From the sequence record OR699282.2: a stretch of 64,000 nt of DNA. The stretch is one strand, 5' to 3'. Made by a program: the position numbers and the translations under genes. Under the pieces are notes generated by a model. It saw nothing but the letters and a program-made list of their open reading frames with translations, was not told the DNA's origin and ran no database searches. Of the stretch, positions 51,528 through 61,691 are shown in pieces. Each line of letters starts with the position of its first letter. Within the stretch, counting starts at the first letter, position 1.

Positions 51528-51832
51528 AAAAATTATTAGTTCCGTTTATTTCTTTTTTAATTATAAGTGGATGTGCCGAACAAGTAAAACTACAATCCCC
51601 TGCACCAATTAAACAAGAAATTCTGTTAGAAAGATGTGATGATGATACACCTCTACCACAAAAAATTATGATTGACAAAAATGGTTTTAAAGGTTATGAT
51701 GGTGCAGAAATTCTTAAAGTACTTACTCGTTGGGATGCAGTCTACAATGAATGTGCTTTAAAACACGACGCATTGATTAAAACTATTCGTGATTTACAAG
51801 GTAAAGATATTAAAATCAATATCAAGGAATAA
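51524..51832 (+). CDS. Rz1: o-spanin lipoprotein (Rz1-like)
   Basis: Lipobox ISG-C; Pro-containing; second Cys pair; overlaps the i-spanin end. Confidence 0.75.
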   Translation: MKKLLVPFISFLIISGCAEQVKLQSPAPIKQEILLERCDDDTPLPQKIMIDKNGFKGYDGAEILKVLTRWDAVYNECALKHDALIKTIRDLQGKDIKINIKE

Positions 51833-51833
51833 A

Positions 51834-52445
51834 ATGAACAAATATCATGTTTACTATACGACAAAATTATCACTTCTTGAAGAATTAAATCAACGAAGTA
51901 CTAAGATGAAACGCTACACTTTAAATGGTATTACTTTTCGATATTTCCCACAAAAAGTTCTTACTTTTGTTAAGAATCCAAAATGCGTGGCATGTGGGAT
52001 TGAAGCTACTGAAGTACGCATTGAACGTTCATTATGTTCTGATCCAGTATATGGTAAACCACATTTAAATGTATATGCTGTATGTGGTCTTTATGAAGTT
52101 TTAATGACAGTTGACCATAATCATCTGGCATCTAAGGGTGGACCTGATTTAGAGTCAAACTTTAATACTATGTGCTCCAGATGTAATCAACTACGTTCGA
52201 ATAAAACTGAAACAGTTGATGAGTTTCTTGAGAAAGTTAAAGGTCGTAATCTTCTCCAAGAACATATGAATAATTTCTTTAATGTACAAAAAAAGAAAAA
52301 TAACATTGACAAGTCGAAACTACTAGAAGAACGTAGGTTACGTCAAGAATTATGGGAAACTGATCATCTATGGCATGTTCGAGAGTTTGGTCGTCATATG
52401 AAAGCTTTGAAAAAAGAACAGAAGAAATTGAATAAACATGATTGA
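51834..52445 (+). CDS. HNH endonuclease
   Basis: CVACG, TVDH..LASKGG, N...MCSRCNQLR. Confidence 0.85.
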   Translation: MNKYHVYYTTKLSLLEELNQRSTKMKRYTLNGITFRYFPQKVLTFVKNPKCVACGIEATEVRIERSLCSDPVYGKPHLNVYAVCGLYEVLMTVDHNHLASKGGPDLESNFNTMCSRCNQLRSNKTETVDEFLEKVKGRNLLQEHMNNFFNVQKKKNNIDKSKLLEERRLRQELWETDHLWHVREFGRHMKALKKEQKKLNKHD

Positions 52446-52497
52446 TATGATATTATAGGGACTTGAGTATTCAAGTCCTTTTTTTTGGAGAAAATAA

Positions 52498-53254
52498 ATG
52501 AAATCTAAAATCTTTTTACCACAATTAATGTGGCATCTAGCAGAGTTAGATGAAAATGATGAATATACGGACTATGGTGCATGGGATGACAGTACTGAAA
52601 CTTTTAAACCAGATGTAAAATATAAAATCATCTGCAATGAAAGCAAAGGACACAAAAGGTGGACTGAAGAATTTGATCTCGTATTTCTTGACATGAGCAC
52701 AAATAAGTTTTATCATTGTAATTATGAACGAGGTTTAACAGAAGATAGACCAGTACAACCATTCAGTACTGAAACTGATGGTATTAAGTGCAATGAAGTT
52801 TCTGTTACCAGAGAAGAAATTATCACTTATCGAACTTTGTGGAAATATTTGTAAAATGCTTAAAGAATTAGATTTTTCAAACTTAGAAATTATCAGTGCT
52901 GTAAAAAACATTTCCGATATGGGAGATGAGAAAGCAGTTCTTGTTACTATTACTTTTGTAAAAGAAAAAGATAGCTATAGCCATTTAACTGGTATTGAAG
53001 AACTAATTCATAAAACCAATCTTGAGAATGATGGTAAACTCATCAAGCTTCAGGCTTCCTACACGCAAAAAACGTCAAATTTTATAGACCTAAATAATGT
53101 AGTCAAGGTGGTATACAATCATCCTGAACACACATATAGGAACACGACAAGAAATGAAAATGTTGCTAACGATTCGAATATTATCGAAGATGTTGAATTC
53201 ATAAACACAATTTTTGATCGTTGTTCTAAGGATTTAAAAAAAGTATACATGTAA
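52498..53254 (+). other. two hypothetical CDS (52498-52854, 52856-53254)
   Basis: ORF track; upstream terminator at 52459-52486. Confidence 0.65.
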
Positions 53255-53283
53255 TGGGACATTATATGTTCCAATGATATAAT
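53255..53283 (+). promoter_or_regulatory. sigma70-type promoter into the non-coding region
   Basis: TGGGAC-N17-TATAAT with TG extension, the same architecture as at 28050. Confidence 0.65.
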
Positions 53284-53289
53284 GTATAT

Positions 53290-53804
53290 AGAAAATGACA
53301 ACGGACATTGAAAAATGGACACTGAGAACCTACTTCTCTTGAAAATGTAAAGGATAGATGAGCTTTACCGTTGTAGCGAACAGCAGAAGAAACCTGTTAG
53401 AGTACTGGCATTCAAACAAACACGATGTAAGACCACGAATCACGGCGACACGGCTGTATAAAGAACTCCGATAAGCATACAGAGAGTTCCTAGATAGATG
53501 TATAAGGTTCGCACCTTACCAGATTTGCTAAGGGAGTTCAAGAATAGCGGACGCAATTTTTACAAGAAAGTTGCGTCCAAAATTTGAGAACAAGTACTAC
53601 TTTGATCGAATAGAGTTAGTACTGAGTGCTGTTGATGAAAAGACCAGCGACCGTTGCATATGACTGCGATAGAGAGAAACCGAGCAACCCGCTTTCGCTC
53701 TCTAAATTTTGGTACAAGAAAGATCCGTCCAAAATTTGAGAAATTCGCAATTCGATAATATCCGATGCCATCATCGTCAAGAGAGACTTAATTGTCTCTT
53801 TTTT
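53290..53804 (+). ncRNA. candidate structured non-coding RNA of about 515 nt, family unknown
   Basis: No credible ORF; raised GC; at least 7 hairpins; bounded by a promoter and a terminator (AGAGAC-TTAATT-GTCTCT plus T run, 53782-53804). Confidence 0.6.
53561..53742 (+). repeat. two 30-nt direct repeats (53561-53590, 53713-53742), 28/30 identical
   Basis: TACAAGAAAG(TTG/ATC)CGTCCAAAATTTGAGAA. Confidence 0.95.
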
Positions 53805-53944
53805 ATTACCTTCATTCCCCTGCGGGGGGATGTAATAGTCCTCAACAAATCCCGTCAAGTTTTTAAAGTACATTATCATTTTCAGAAGGAACTAGTTTAC
53901 GAAGTAAACGCAGTGACTTCTTGAGTTACGAGAGAACGAAGTGA

Positions 53945-54373
53945 ATGAGTAACACAACGAAAATATCCGATAAATCCGAATTAACACAAATGTTATTCAA
54001 AGAATATTTTGAGTTTCAGATAAAAGACGAACAACAATTACCACAGCAATATTTGAAAAGAATTAAAGATCCGTCAGTAATTACTAAAGAAACTAATTTT
54101 TATAATAGTATTTTGGATTTCGTTAAATCAGTTCATACAACAAGACCTATTGTAGTTTTGTTTTTTGATAAATCTATTCCTTTAGTAGTTCCTGAAAATG
54201 TATTTTTTATTTCAGAAACTGATTTAAATAATCAAAGTACTGTAAGTAGATTAAGAAATTGCTTACTTGTAGTATGTGATTCTTCTTTGTATAATAACAG
54301 AATACTATGGGATAGAAGTAAACGCAATGCAGTTTCTGAAATGAATCCTGAAATTACCTTTATTATTAACTAA
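53945..54373 (+). CDS. hypothetical protein
   Basis: ORF track. Confidence 0.6.
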   Translation: MSNTTKISDKSELTQMLFKEYFEFQIKDEQQLPQQYLKRIKDPSVITKETNFYNSILDFVKSVHTTRPIVVLFFDKSIPLVVPENVFFISETDLNNQSTVSRLRNCLLVVCDSSLYNNRILWDRSKRNAVSEMNPEITFIIN

Positions 54374-54405
54374 ATAATAAGAGAATAACTCTAAGGAGAG
54401 ATATT

Positions 54406-54846
54406 ATGGAAGATATTAATGATTTACGACACGTAATGGACTTTATCGGAAGTACTGAAGAAGATAATTCGTATGATGAAGTACTATTAACTTTTATTGA
54501 AAATAGTTTGTTTTTAAGTTCTGCTGCACATAACTGGCACTTACAATGTCATTTTTATACAAAGCATTTACAATTAGATGAACTATATAAAGAATTACCA
54601 GAATATGTAGACGCATTTGTTGAAGGTATCATGAATAATCGTGGTGCTTTACAAGTTGGAACTGGTAATAGTTATCGTTTTACACCAATTGAAGATTGTG
54701 TACCAATTCTTGAAGAATATGTAGAGCAATGTAGAGCAATTCATGATATGCTTGAAGAATCAGGTGATTACGGCAGTGTAAACACATTAGAAGATATTAT
54801 GAGTTTTGTTGAAGGAACACTTTACAAACTTAAAGTTTTACAATAA
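54406..54846 (+). CDS. ferritin/Dps-like four-helix protein (DUF5856-like)
   Basis: AHNWHLQ..Y.KHLQLDELY......VDAFVEG pattern. Confidence 0.7.
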   Translation: MEDINDLRHVMDFIGSTEEDNSYDEVLLTFIENSLFLSSAAHNWHLQCHFYTKHLQLDELYKELPEYVDAFVEGIMNNRGALQVGTGNSYRFTPIEDCVPILEEYVEQCRAIHDMLEESGDYGSVNTLEDIMSFVEGTLYKLKVLQ

Positions 54847-54894
54847 AATATATGGAGAGTCATTGTGACTCTCCTTTTCTTTTGGACAAATAAA

Positions 54895-57800
54895 ATGAAA
54901 TCTCATGATTTAGCAAAATTACTACTATCTCAACCAAATCTAGAAATTTATCATTATGATGCAGAGAGTGACTTGCATTATCAGAATTTTGATAATAAAT
55001 TAATGGTCACCCCATCTGGCATTTTCACAACGGTAAAACCCACATCAGTTTCTGAAAATGTACTTACACCATACGAAACCCCGCTCTTGGGTCATGTACA
55101 AATTTTCTTTAAGGATGGTACTATTACTCCAAAATTGGAGGGTTCATCTATTCAAACTGTTCTTAACTTAGAATCTGGGTTGATATTTAACATTCCTTAT
55201 GAAAAGCCAATTGTTTTATTAGGTAAAAATCAATCAGCACCATCAGGGAATCAAAATGCTGTTTGGTATACACCCGATGATATTGATTTCATTTCTGTAC
55301 TGACAGAATATGAACCTAATACTTGGCATGGAACATGGGAAACTATGTCGTATGATGAAGCAATTGAATGTGGTAAAAATTTAGTTAAAATGTTATTTCC
55401 ACAAAAAGAAGAACTTTCACAAGAACAAATTGATTCATTTTCTAAAGATTTTCCTGATTCTGAATTCAATGTAAAAGTATCACCTTCTATGATTGATAAA
55501 ATTAAAAAATAAAAGAGGTTGAACATGAGTGATTACCGCGTAACATCTGGACTAATGGCACGTCTTATTGAAGCAGTTCCTGAAGATGATTATGAAGCTA
55601 TTTCAGATCGTCTTTTTGACGCAGATTCTAAACTCCATATTACATATGATGGTGCATTGATTTACAGTACTGATATTGATATGTCTAGTTATGAATTTGA
55701 GATTTCTTTTGGTAACAAACTAACTACTGAAGAATTCGCTCGAAAATGTGAGCGTGAAGGATTCTGTATTGATATTAGTTCAGTTCAGCCATACACATCA
55801 CTGTGGTATGATGGTGCTGATAGTCCAATGTCTACTACATCTTTACAGGATTTTCTAAATGCAAATCAAAAAGATTAAATTCCACCAGCATTGTTCTATA
55901 CATGAATGTGATGATTGTGGTATACAAATGAGTGACATTTATACAGTTTCCTGTAAAGGTTTCAAATTCACTCACGGTGAACCTGCTTATTGTTATGGTA
56001 CAGAAGAAGGTGATATCGAAGTAGTACTGAAAGAATTGTTCCAGTACTTGCAAAGTGTAGGTCATGATGTTACAATACCCACATATTATGAAGATGATTA
56101 TGATGCACATGTAGAAGAAAATACATATTATAATCAATTCGTTTATGGTAATGGTTTTATCACATACCTACATGAGAATGGTATTGAGGTAAAAACTAAG
56201 TACACCAGTGATGATTATGATGATGATAATTCTATGGAGATTGAAGATTGAAAGCAAAAGACTTAGCAGCACTGTTGTTGCAGAATCCTGAAATGGAAGT
56301 GTATCATGAGCACATGCACATTGATGACATGTGTGACGCTTATTATTCACCAGAAAATGTGTCTGGTATTGAAATTACCCCTAGTGGAGTATTCATCAGT
56401 ACTGAACGTATTGATTATAATTCTCAGCAAGAAATCAAAACTCCACATAATAAACCTCGCATTGGTGCTATTGACCTAGTATTTCATCAGGACCGTTTGG
56501 TGGAATATGATGAAGACGATGGTACTACCCGAACTGATGTTGAGAATGTTGTTTTTCGTTTTTATAATGCATACGAAGACCCAACTACTGGAGAAGATTT
56601 CTTCCGTGAGCTATTAGAGGATGGAGAAGTTTATGGTCAGGATGGTACGGTTTTTGTACTGGACCCTAACTATGAGCCAGATCACAATACATGGCAATTC
56701 TATACACCAGAAGATGTAATGGAAGTTAAAGTACTTACTGATCTTGACGATAATTGGAATCCTATGTATACTTCAATGACATATGAAGAAGCCAAAGAAT
56801 ACTTCGTTTCTAAACTAAACATTACAAAATAATAAGGATTCACAAATTTATGAAAATTGTTGCAAGTGCATGGATGAAACTACCAGATGGTACAACTGCG
56901 TTTGAAGAATATGGCTTTGTTGAAAGTGTCGATGAATTAAAGCGTTTCAAGTGTGAAAATGATGATGATGTTTTTGATATTGTATTTGTATATCATCATA
57001 TTCCTAATGATACTGATTATGAACATTATTATTATCATCCTGATTTGTTGGAAACACTTGTATGCGACAACTATCATGAAATTGATGAAAATACAGCTTT
57101 ACTAATGTTGAGTACCGTATCTCCGGTATAAGGAGTAATATGTATAATCTTATAATTATCCGCGAACCATATGAATCTGACAACAGTTCAACTGATGGTG
57201 AGGTTTTAGTATATCAAAGTTATGAACAAAGTGGCATTGAACATGAATTAAAAGATTATTTACGTCAACATATATATCTATATCGTACTGAACCACGTGA
57301 ACAGTATGGAGATATAATGTTTATCGTAACTCATAATGGTGCAGTAATTGAACATGTAAATATGACAAATAACATGTATTTTCATAATTACACTGACACG
57401 TCTAAAGAATTAGGAAACGATTTCAAGTCTGTTTTCGATGCATTGCGTATCAATTTTTTTAAAAATGACAAATTCTGTACTGATATTAGATTAGAAGAAG
57501 CAAATACAAAAAAGAAACTTTCTCGAAAATACGAGAGTGATAGAAAAAAAGAACAAGAGATTCAGCGTTTACACGAATTGATGAAAAAATACCCTAATGA
57601 GGTACAACATGGCTCTTAGAGGTTCAAATCAATATAAATGTATTGCAGAGATCAGGAAGAAAGATGGAACACTTGTAGACCGAGCATTGAAGCAAGAATA
57701 TAAAGAATTACGTGATGTGGTACATAATGATAGTTATGGTGGGATGCGTCGTCAAAAAATTTATGAATATCTAAAGAAAGGTTTAGAAATTCAGGTTAAT

Positions 57801-58164
57801 GGTCTTCATTGCATTCAAACAAAAAACGATCCTGATATTCTACGTTTGTTGAAAGAAGATAAGATTGAAATGTTTAATGTTCCTATTTCATTCTATGGTA
57901 ATAAACTAAAATGTAAGCATACTTTCTTGAGGATTAAAAATGGTTGATTCATTTATGAAAAAAATCTTTAAAAAATTACTATCTGGATTTGAAAAAGCAG
58001 TAAGTCTTATTTTCAGTTCAGTTGTAATGGTTATTACAGTACTGGCGTTTTCTCTAGTACTGCATTTTGTACCATTCTGGTTAATCTTTATTGTACTTAT
58101 TGCTCTGCTAGGTGCACATGTTTATTATGTTTACCGTGACGCATTGGATGATGATAACGATTAA
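54895..58164 (+). other. run of acidic hypothetical CDS (54895, 55525, 55859, 56248, 56850, 57140, 57609, 57940)
   Basis: ORF track; 54895 and 56248 are paralogs (MKxxDLAxLLLxxPxxE(I/V)YH); terminators at 54853 and 58173. Confidence 0.65.
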
Positions 58165-58183
58165 ATGTATTTGACCTCACTAT

Positions 58184-59774
58184 GTGGGGTCTTTTTTTAA
58201 GGAAAATTATATGCTTATAGAAACAGAAACATTTAAGCGTTTTATTGACGTATGTCGTGATACGTGTTTTTGTTATCTTTCATCACAAGAACAGTTCGAT
58301 GCAATGAGTGATGTGTTAGGATATCGCCGTTCGGTATTGATGTATTTTGATGGTCCTTTGATTGAAGTTCATGATGATGTGTATTCCCTACAATATGTAT
58401 CAATTAACAATGCGTTCATTTTTATTGCTGACTCGTACTCAATTGTAGTTGAGGAACGTGGTAAAGGTATACCAACAACACACTATATTGATTGTCAAAG
58501 AACTGATTGTGTTTATAGTTCTGGACTAATACAAACACCAATTCCATATCCTAGCATTTATATAAACACACTCCATCAAGAAATTATTGAGTACTGTAAT
58601 AGTATTTCTGATACAGATACACAGTATTTTCCTATTGTATTATTGAAAGGAGTTAGAACATGAGATGGCGTAAACGACACGTAAAAAGATTTGATAAAAT
58701 AATCAAAAAATATTACTCACATAAGTTAGATCCAATCATACTTCAACTAAGAAGTAGTATGTTTGATAGACGTTTTCCACAGTGTTTAGAATCGTACAGT
58801 CGTAAACGTTACAAGAATGAATACCTGGTATATCGTTATGATTTATCAGAATTCTTTTTGAATACTCGTGTATCTGTACCCATCAGACTGTACTCAAGGG
58901 TAAAACGAAGTAGGGTTCAAGATATTACATATGGATATCTTATGATTGAAATCGACGACCTCAATGAAAAAACTGGCAGAAATTACAGTACTTTATGTCT
59001 GGAAAACCATGATTCAATAAAAAGAATCATAGAAGAGTTGGGAAAGTGAGATTTTTAGTGCTATAATTGGAGATGAGTATGAAATACATCGATAAAGGTA
59101 CAGTGGAGACACAGTACTGGAATATCCATATTGCTGGTGATATTCAAACAGCAAGAGAATACACAAGAAAATTTGCGTTTAAGCATGGCTTTTGTGTACA
59201 ATTAATTCCCTGTGAATATATCTACACTGGTGGTCTTGAAAGTGGGATGTGTGCTCGTATTATTCAGTACCCACGCTTTCCAAAAGAAGAAGTATATCTC
59301 AACCGAGATGTATTAAACTATGCAAAGGGTTTAGCTGAAGAGTTGTGTCAAAAGAGCTTTACTATAGAGCGAAATAATGATACAATTTATTATGAAAGTG
59401 ATGAACCTTTACACAAGAAATAAAAGGAAAATATATGAATGGACTAAAGAAATTTGGTAAAGATTTTCTAAAATGTATACGCTATACATATGATGCAAAC
59501 CCAGAAATGACTGCTATTGTGGGTGTGTTTATTACACTTGTTGTATTAAGTTTTATTGTGGTGTAAAAGTATGATTGAAATCAATGCTGATATCTATTGT
59601 AGTGCAGCACCAAATTACTTCATTTATGCTTTGAGTACATTTGGTGAAACTGACGGTGAAACTTTTGTTTTAGTAGATAATACGACATGGTACAAAACAA
59701 GTAATAAAATTCCTAAAGACGTTTTGGAAACATATGTTCGTATTGAAAATAAAAACATATATGTAAATTTATAG
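58184..59774 (+). other. run of hypothetical CDS (about 58211, 58660, 59073, small TM at 59435, about 59571)
   Basis: ORF track; 59073 carries a YIYTGG.ESG....IQYPRFP motif. Confidence 0.6.
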
Positions 59775-59781
59775 GTAAAAT

Positions 59782-60192
59782 ATGATTGAAATGGAAGGAA
59801 CTCTGGTGTATGATCCAGACCGTGGCACTATGAAAAAGAAGAAGGACTTCTGGTTAGTACTACAACTTCCATTACAGTTGGTTCGATACTACCAGTACTT
59901 CATCAGAACTGACTTACATATTGATATTAAAGACCCACAATGGGGAGCACATGTCAGTATCGTTCGTGGTGAAGTGCCACCAAATCCAGAGTACTGGAAA
60001 AAGTACGATGGAATGAAAGTAAAGATAAAGTTCAATCCTTGTATTGAGATAGTAAAAGATAAAAAGAATCCAGGTTCATTCTTTATCATTGAATTTGAAG
60101 ATGATTTCATCACACATATTAGAAATGAACTAGGACTACCAACCAAGTACTTTAAATATCACATCACTGTAGGTAGAACCTACTACGATTAA
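59782..60192 (+). CDS. minimal 2H phosphoesterase
   Basis: Paired HxS/HxT motifs AHVSI and YHITV. Confidence 0.7.
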   Translation: MIEMEGTLVYDPDRGTMKKKKDFWLVLQLPLQLVRYYQYFIRTDLHIDIKDPQWGAHVSIVRGEVPPNPEYWKKYDGMKVKIKFNPCIEIVKDKKNPGSFFIIEFEDDFITHIRNELGLPTKYFKYHITVGRTYYD

Positions 60193-60360
60193 TGTGGTTT
60201 TTATGGTAAATATATCTTGTAATAAAATAAAAATATGCTATACTACTTAAACATTTGAAAAGAACGTTTTTGTACTGTAGAAAGTCCGATGAGGCTTTTG
60301 CAAATGGCCTCTTTGCCATCTTTGTGATTGCCCATCTTAACAATCAACAAAGGAGGCGTT

Positions 60361-61287
60361 TTGAAACAAGCGAAAAAAGCACTGAAAACTAAGACTACTT
60401 ATGGTGTTCTAGTTTGCACAGTACTTGTCGCTGCGATTGGATTTTATGGTTTTTCTCAAAATGATCGTGTATCATCATCGGACGAAAGTCAGGTACACAA
60501 TTTAAAACCACAAGTTACGCAAATTCAAAAGCAGGAATTACCAAAGGTAGAAATATCAAAGGATGTTCCACGCGGCGAGAAGCATTATACGGTTCAACCT
60601 GGTGATAGTTATTATTCTATTGCTAAAAAGTTTAAACCTAAAAATGTACAACTTGAAGAGTATGTTATTTTGTTGAAAAATATCAATTTAAATGCTACTC
60701 TTCATACTTCTCAGGGTATCTTTATCCCAACAAAAGAGGATTTGAAGAACGTATTGTTACCAGATGTGACTGTACTGTTTGATTATAATGATCCAGAAAT
60801 TGTCAATCACATCAAAGAAGCTGAAGGTTCAATTGAATTTCAGTCCAAGAACAAACGCCGTTTACTTGGTGGGAAAGTCGGAGTTCCTTTCCACAATTCT
60901 AAATTTCATCCTTACAAGGACATGAAAGGTAATTATACAATAGGTTATGGGCATTATTTGGGTAGAAAAGAATCTGATGCGATTAAGTACAGAAACGGTA
61001 TTACCAAAGCTCAAGCCAATAAACTTTTAATGCAAGATATGAAAAGAACATATAATGACTTTTTATTATTGATGCAGAAAAAAGAAGCAGTAAATCTGAC
61101 CAAAGAACAACAACGTATTCTTTATGAAATGTCCTATACAATGGGTGTTGATAAATTAGCAACGTTTAATAAACTTTGGAAAAGTGTGAAAAATGATAAC
61201 CCTAAGAAATTTAAAAAAGAAATTATGAATTCCTTATGGTATCGTCAAGTTACAAACCGAGCAGATTTGTTGTTAAGTTCACTCTAA
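60361..61287 (+). CDS. TM + LysM + T4-lysozyme-like muramidase
   Basis: YTVQPGDSYYSIAKK (LysM); AEG...YKDMKGNYTIGYGH and WYRQVTNRA parallel T4 lysozyme; AGGAGG RBS before TTG. Confidence 0.88.
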   Translation: MKQAKKALKTKTTYGVLVCTVLVAAIGFYGFSQNDRVSSSDESQVHNLKPQVTQIQKQELPKVEISKDVPRGEKHYTVQPGDSYYSIAKKFKPKNVQLEEYVILLKNINLNATLHTSQGIFIPTKEDLKNVLLPDVTVLFDYNDPEIVNHIKEAEGSIEFQSKNKRRLLGGKVGVPFHNSKFHPYKDMKGNYTIGYGHYLGRKESDAIKYRNGITKAQANKLLMQDMKRTYNDFLLLMQKKEAVNLTKEQQRILYEMSYTMGVDKLATFNKLWKSVKNDNPKKFKKEIMNSLWYRQVTNRADLLLSSL

Positions 61288-61303
61288 AAAAGGAAGGTGA
61301 AGT

Positions 61304-61636
61304 ATGCTAAATCTAAATATTCAAGGCAACGTTGATATCACTCCAGCAATCCAAGATGCTATTTACAATGAAGCAAAAAGTCTGGATAAGTACCGTACTT
61401 CTTCAGTACTAGACATTGGTGTTCATGTTAAGAAAGAGCATAAAACTCAATATGCTGTAACTTTAACTGCTGGTAGTAAATCAGTAACTGCTGATGATGC
61501 TGATTTGTATAAAGCAATTGTTGAATCTTTTGATAAGATGGAAACTGTATTCAGTAAAGACAAAAGCATTAAATTACACCGCCGAAACCATCCAGAACAC
61601 CCAGTTCTTGATGATTTGACAGAAAACGAAGAGTAA
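61304..61636 (+). CDS. hpf: ribosome hibernation factor HPF/RaiA-like
   Basis: LNIQGNVDITPAIQDAI...DLYKAIVESFDKME matches the S30AE/HPF pattern; terminator at 61648-61674. Confidence 0.8.
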   Translation: MLNLNIQGNVDITPAIQDAIYNEAKSLDKYRTSSVLDIGVHVKKEHKTQYAVTLTAGSKSVTADDADLYKAIVESFDKMETVFSKDKSIKLHRRNHPEHPVLDDLTENEE

Positions 61637-61691
61637 TATATATACTAAAGGGACAGATTAATTCTGTCCCTTTTCTTATGGAGTTTTAATT

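Noticed and set aside
53561-53742. Mini-CRISPR array or type III antitoxin repeat
   Set aside because: There are only two repeats, the 122-nt gap is far longer than a spacer, the repeats are not tandem, and no cas or toxin gene is nearby.
53290-53804. tmRNA, RNase P RNA, group I intron or retron msr-msd
   Set aside because: No tRNA-like ends, no recognisable P4 or P7 consensus, no interrupted flanking gene and no reverse transcriptase. An Rfam search is still needed.
53616-53924. ORF-track entries 53616-53879 (-) and 53709-53924 (+)
   Set aside because: No RBS, atypical composition, and they cross hairpins and a terminator.
60286-60305. Hammerhead-like CCGATGAG...AAA
   Set aside because: The core CUGAUGA and GAAA are both mismatched, and stems I and III are absent.
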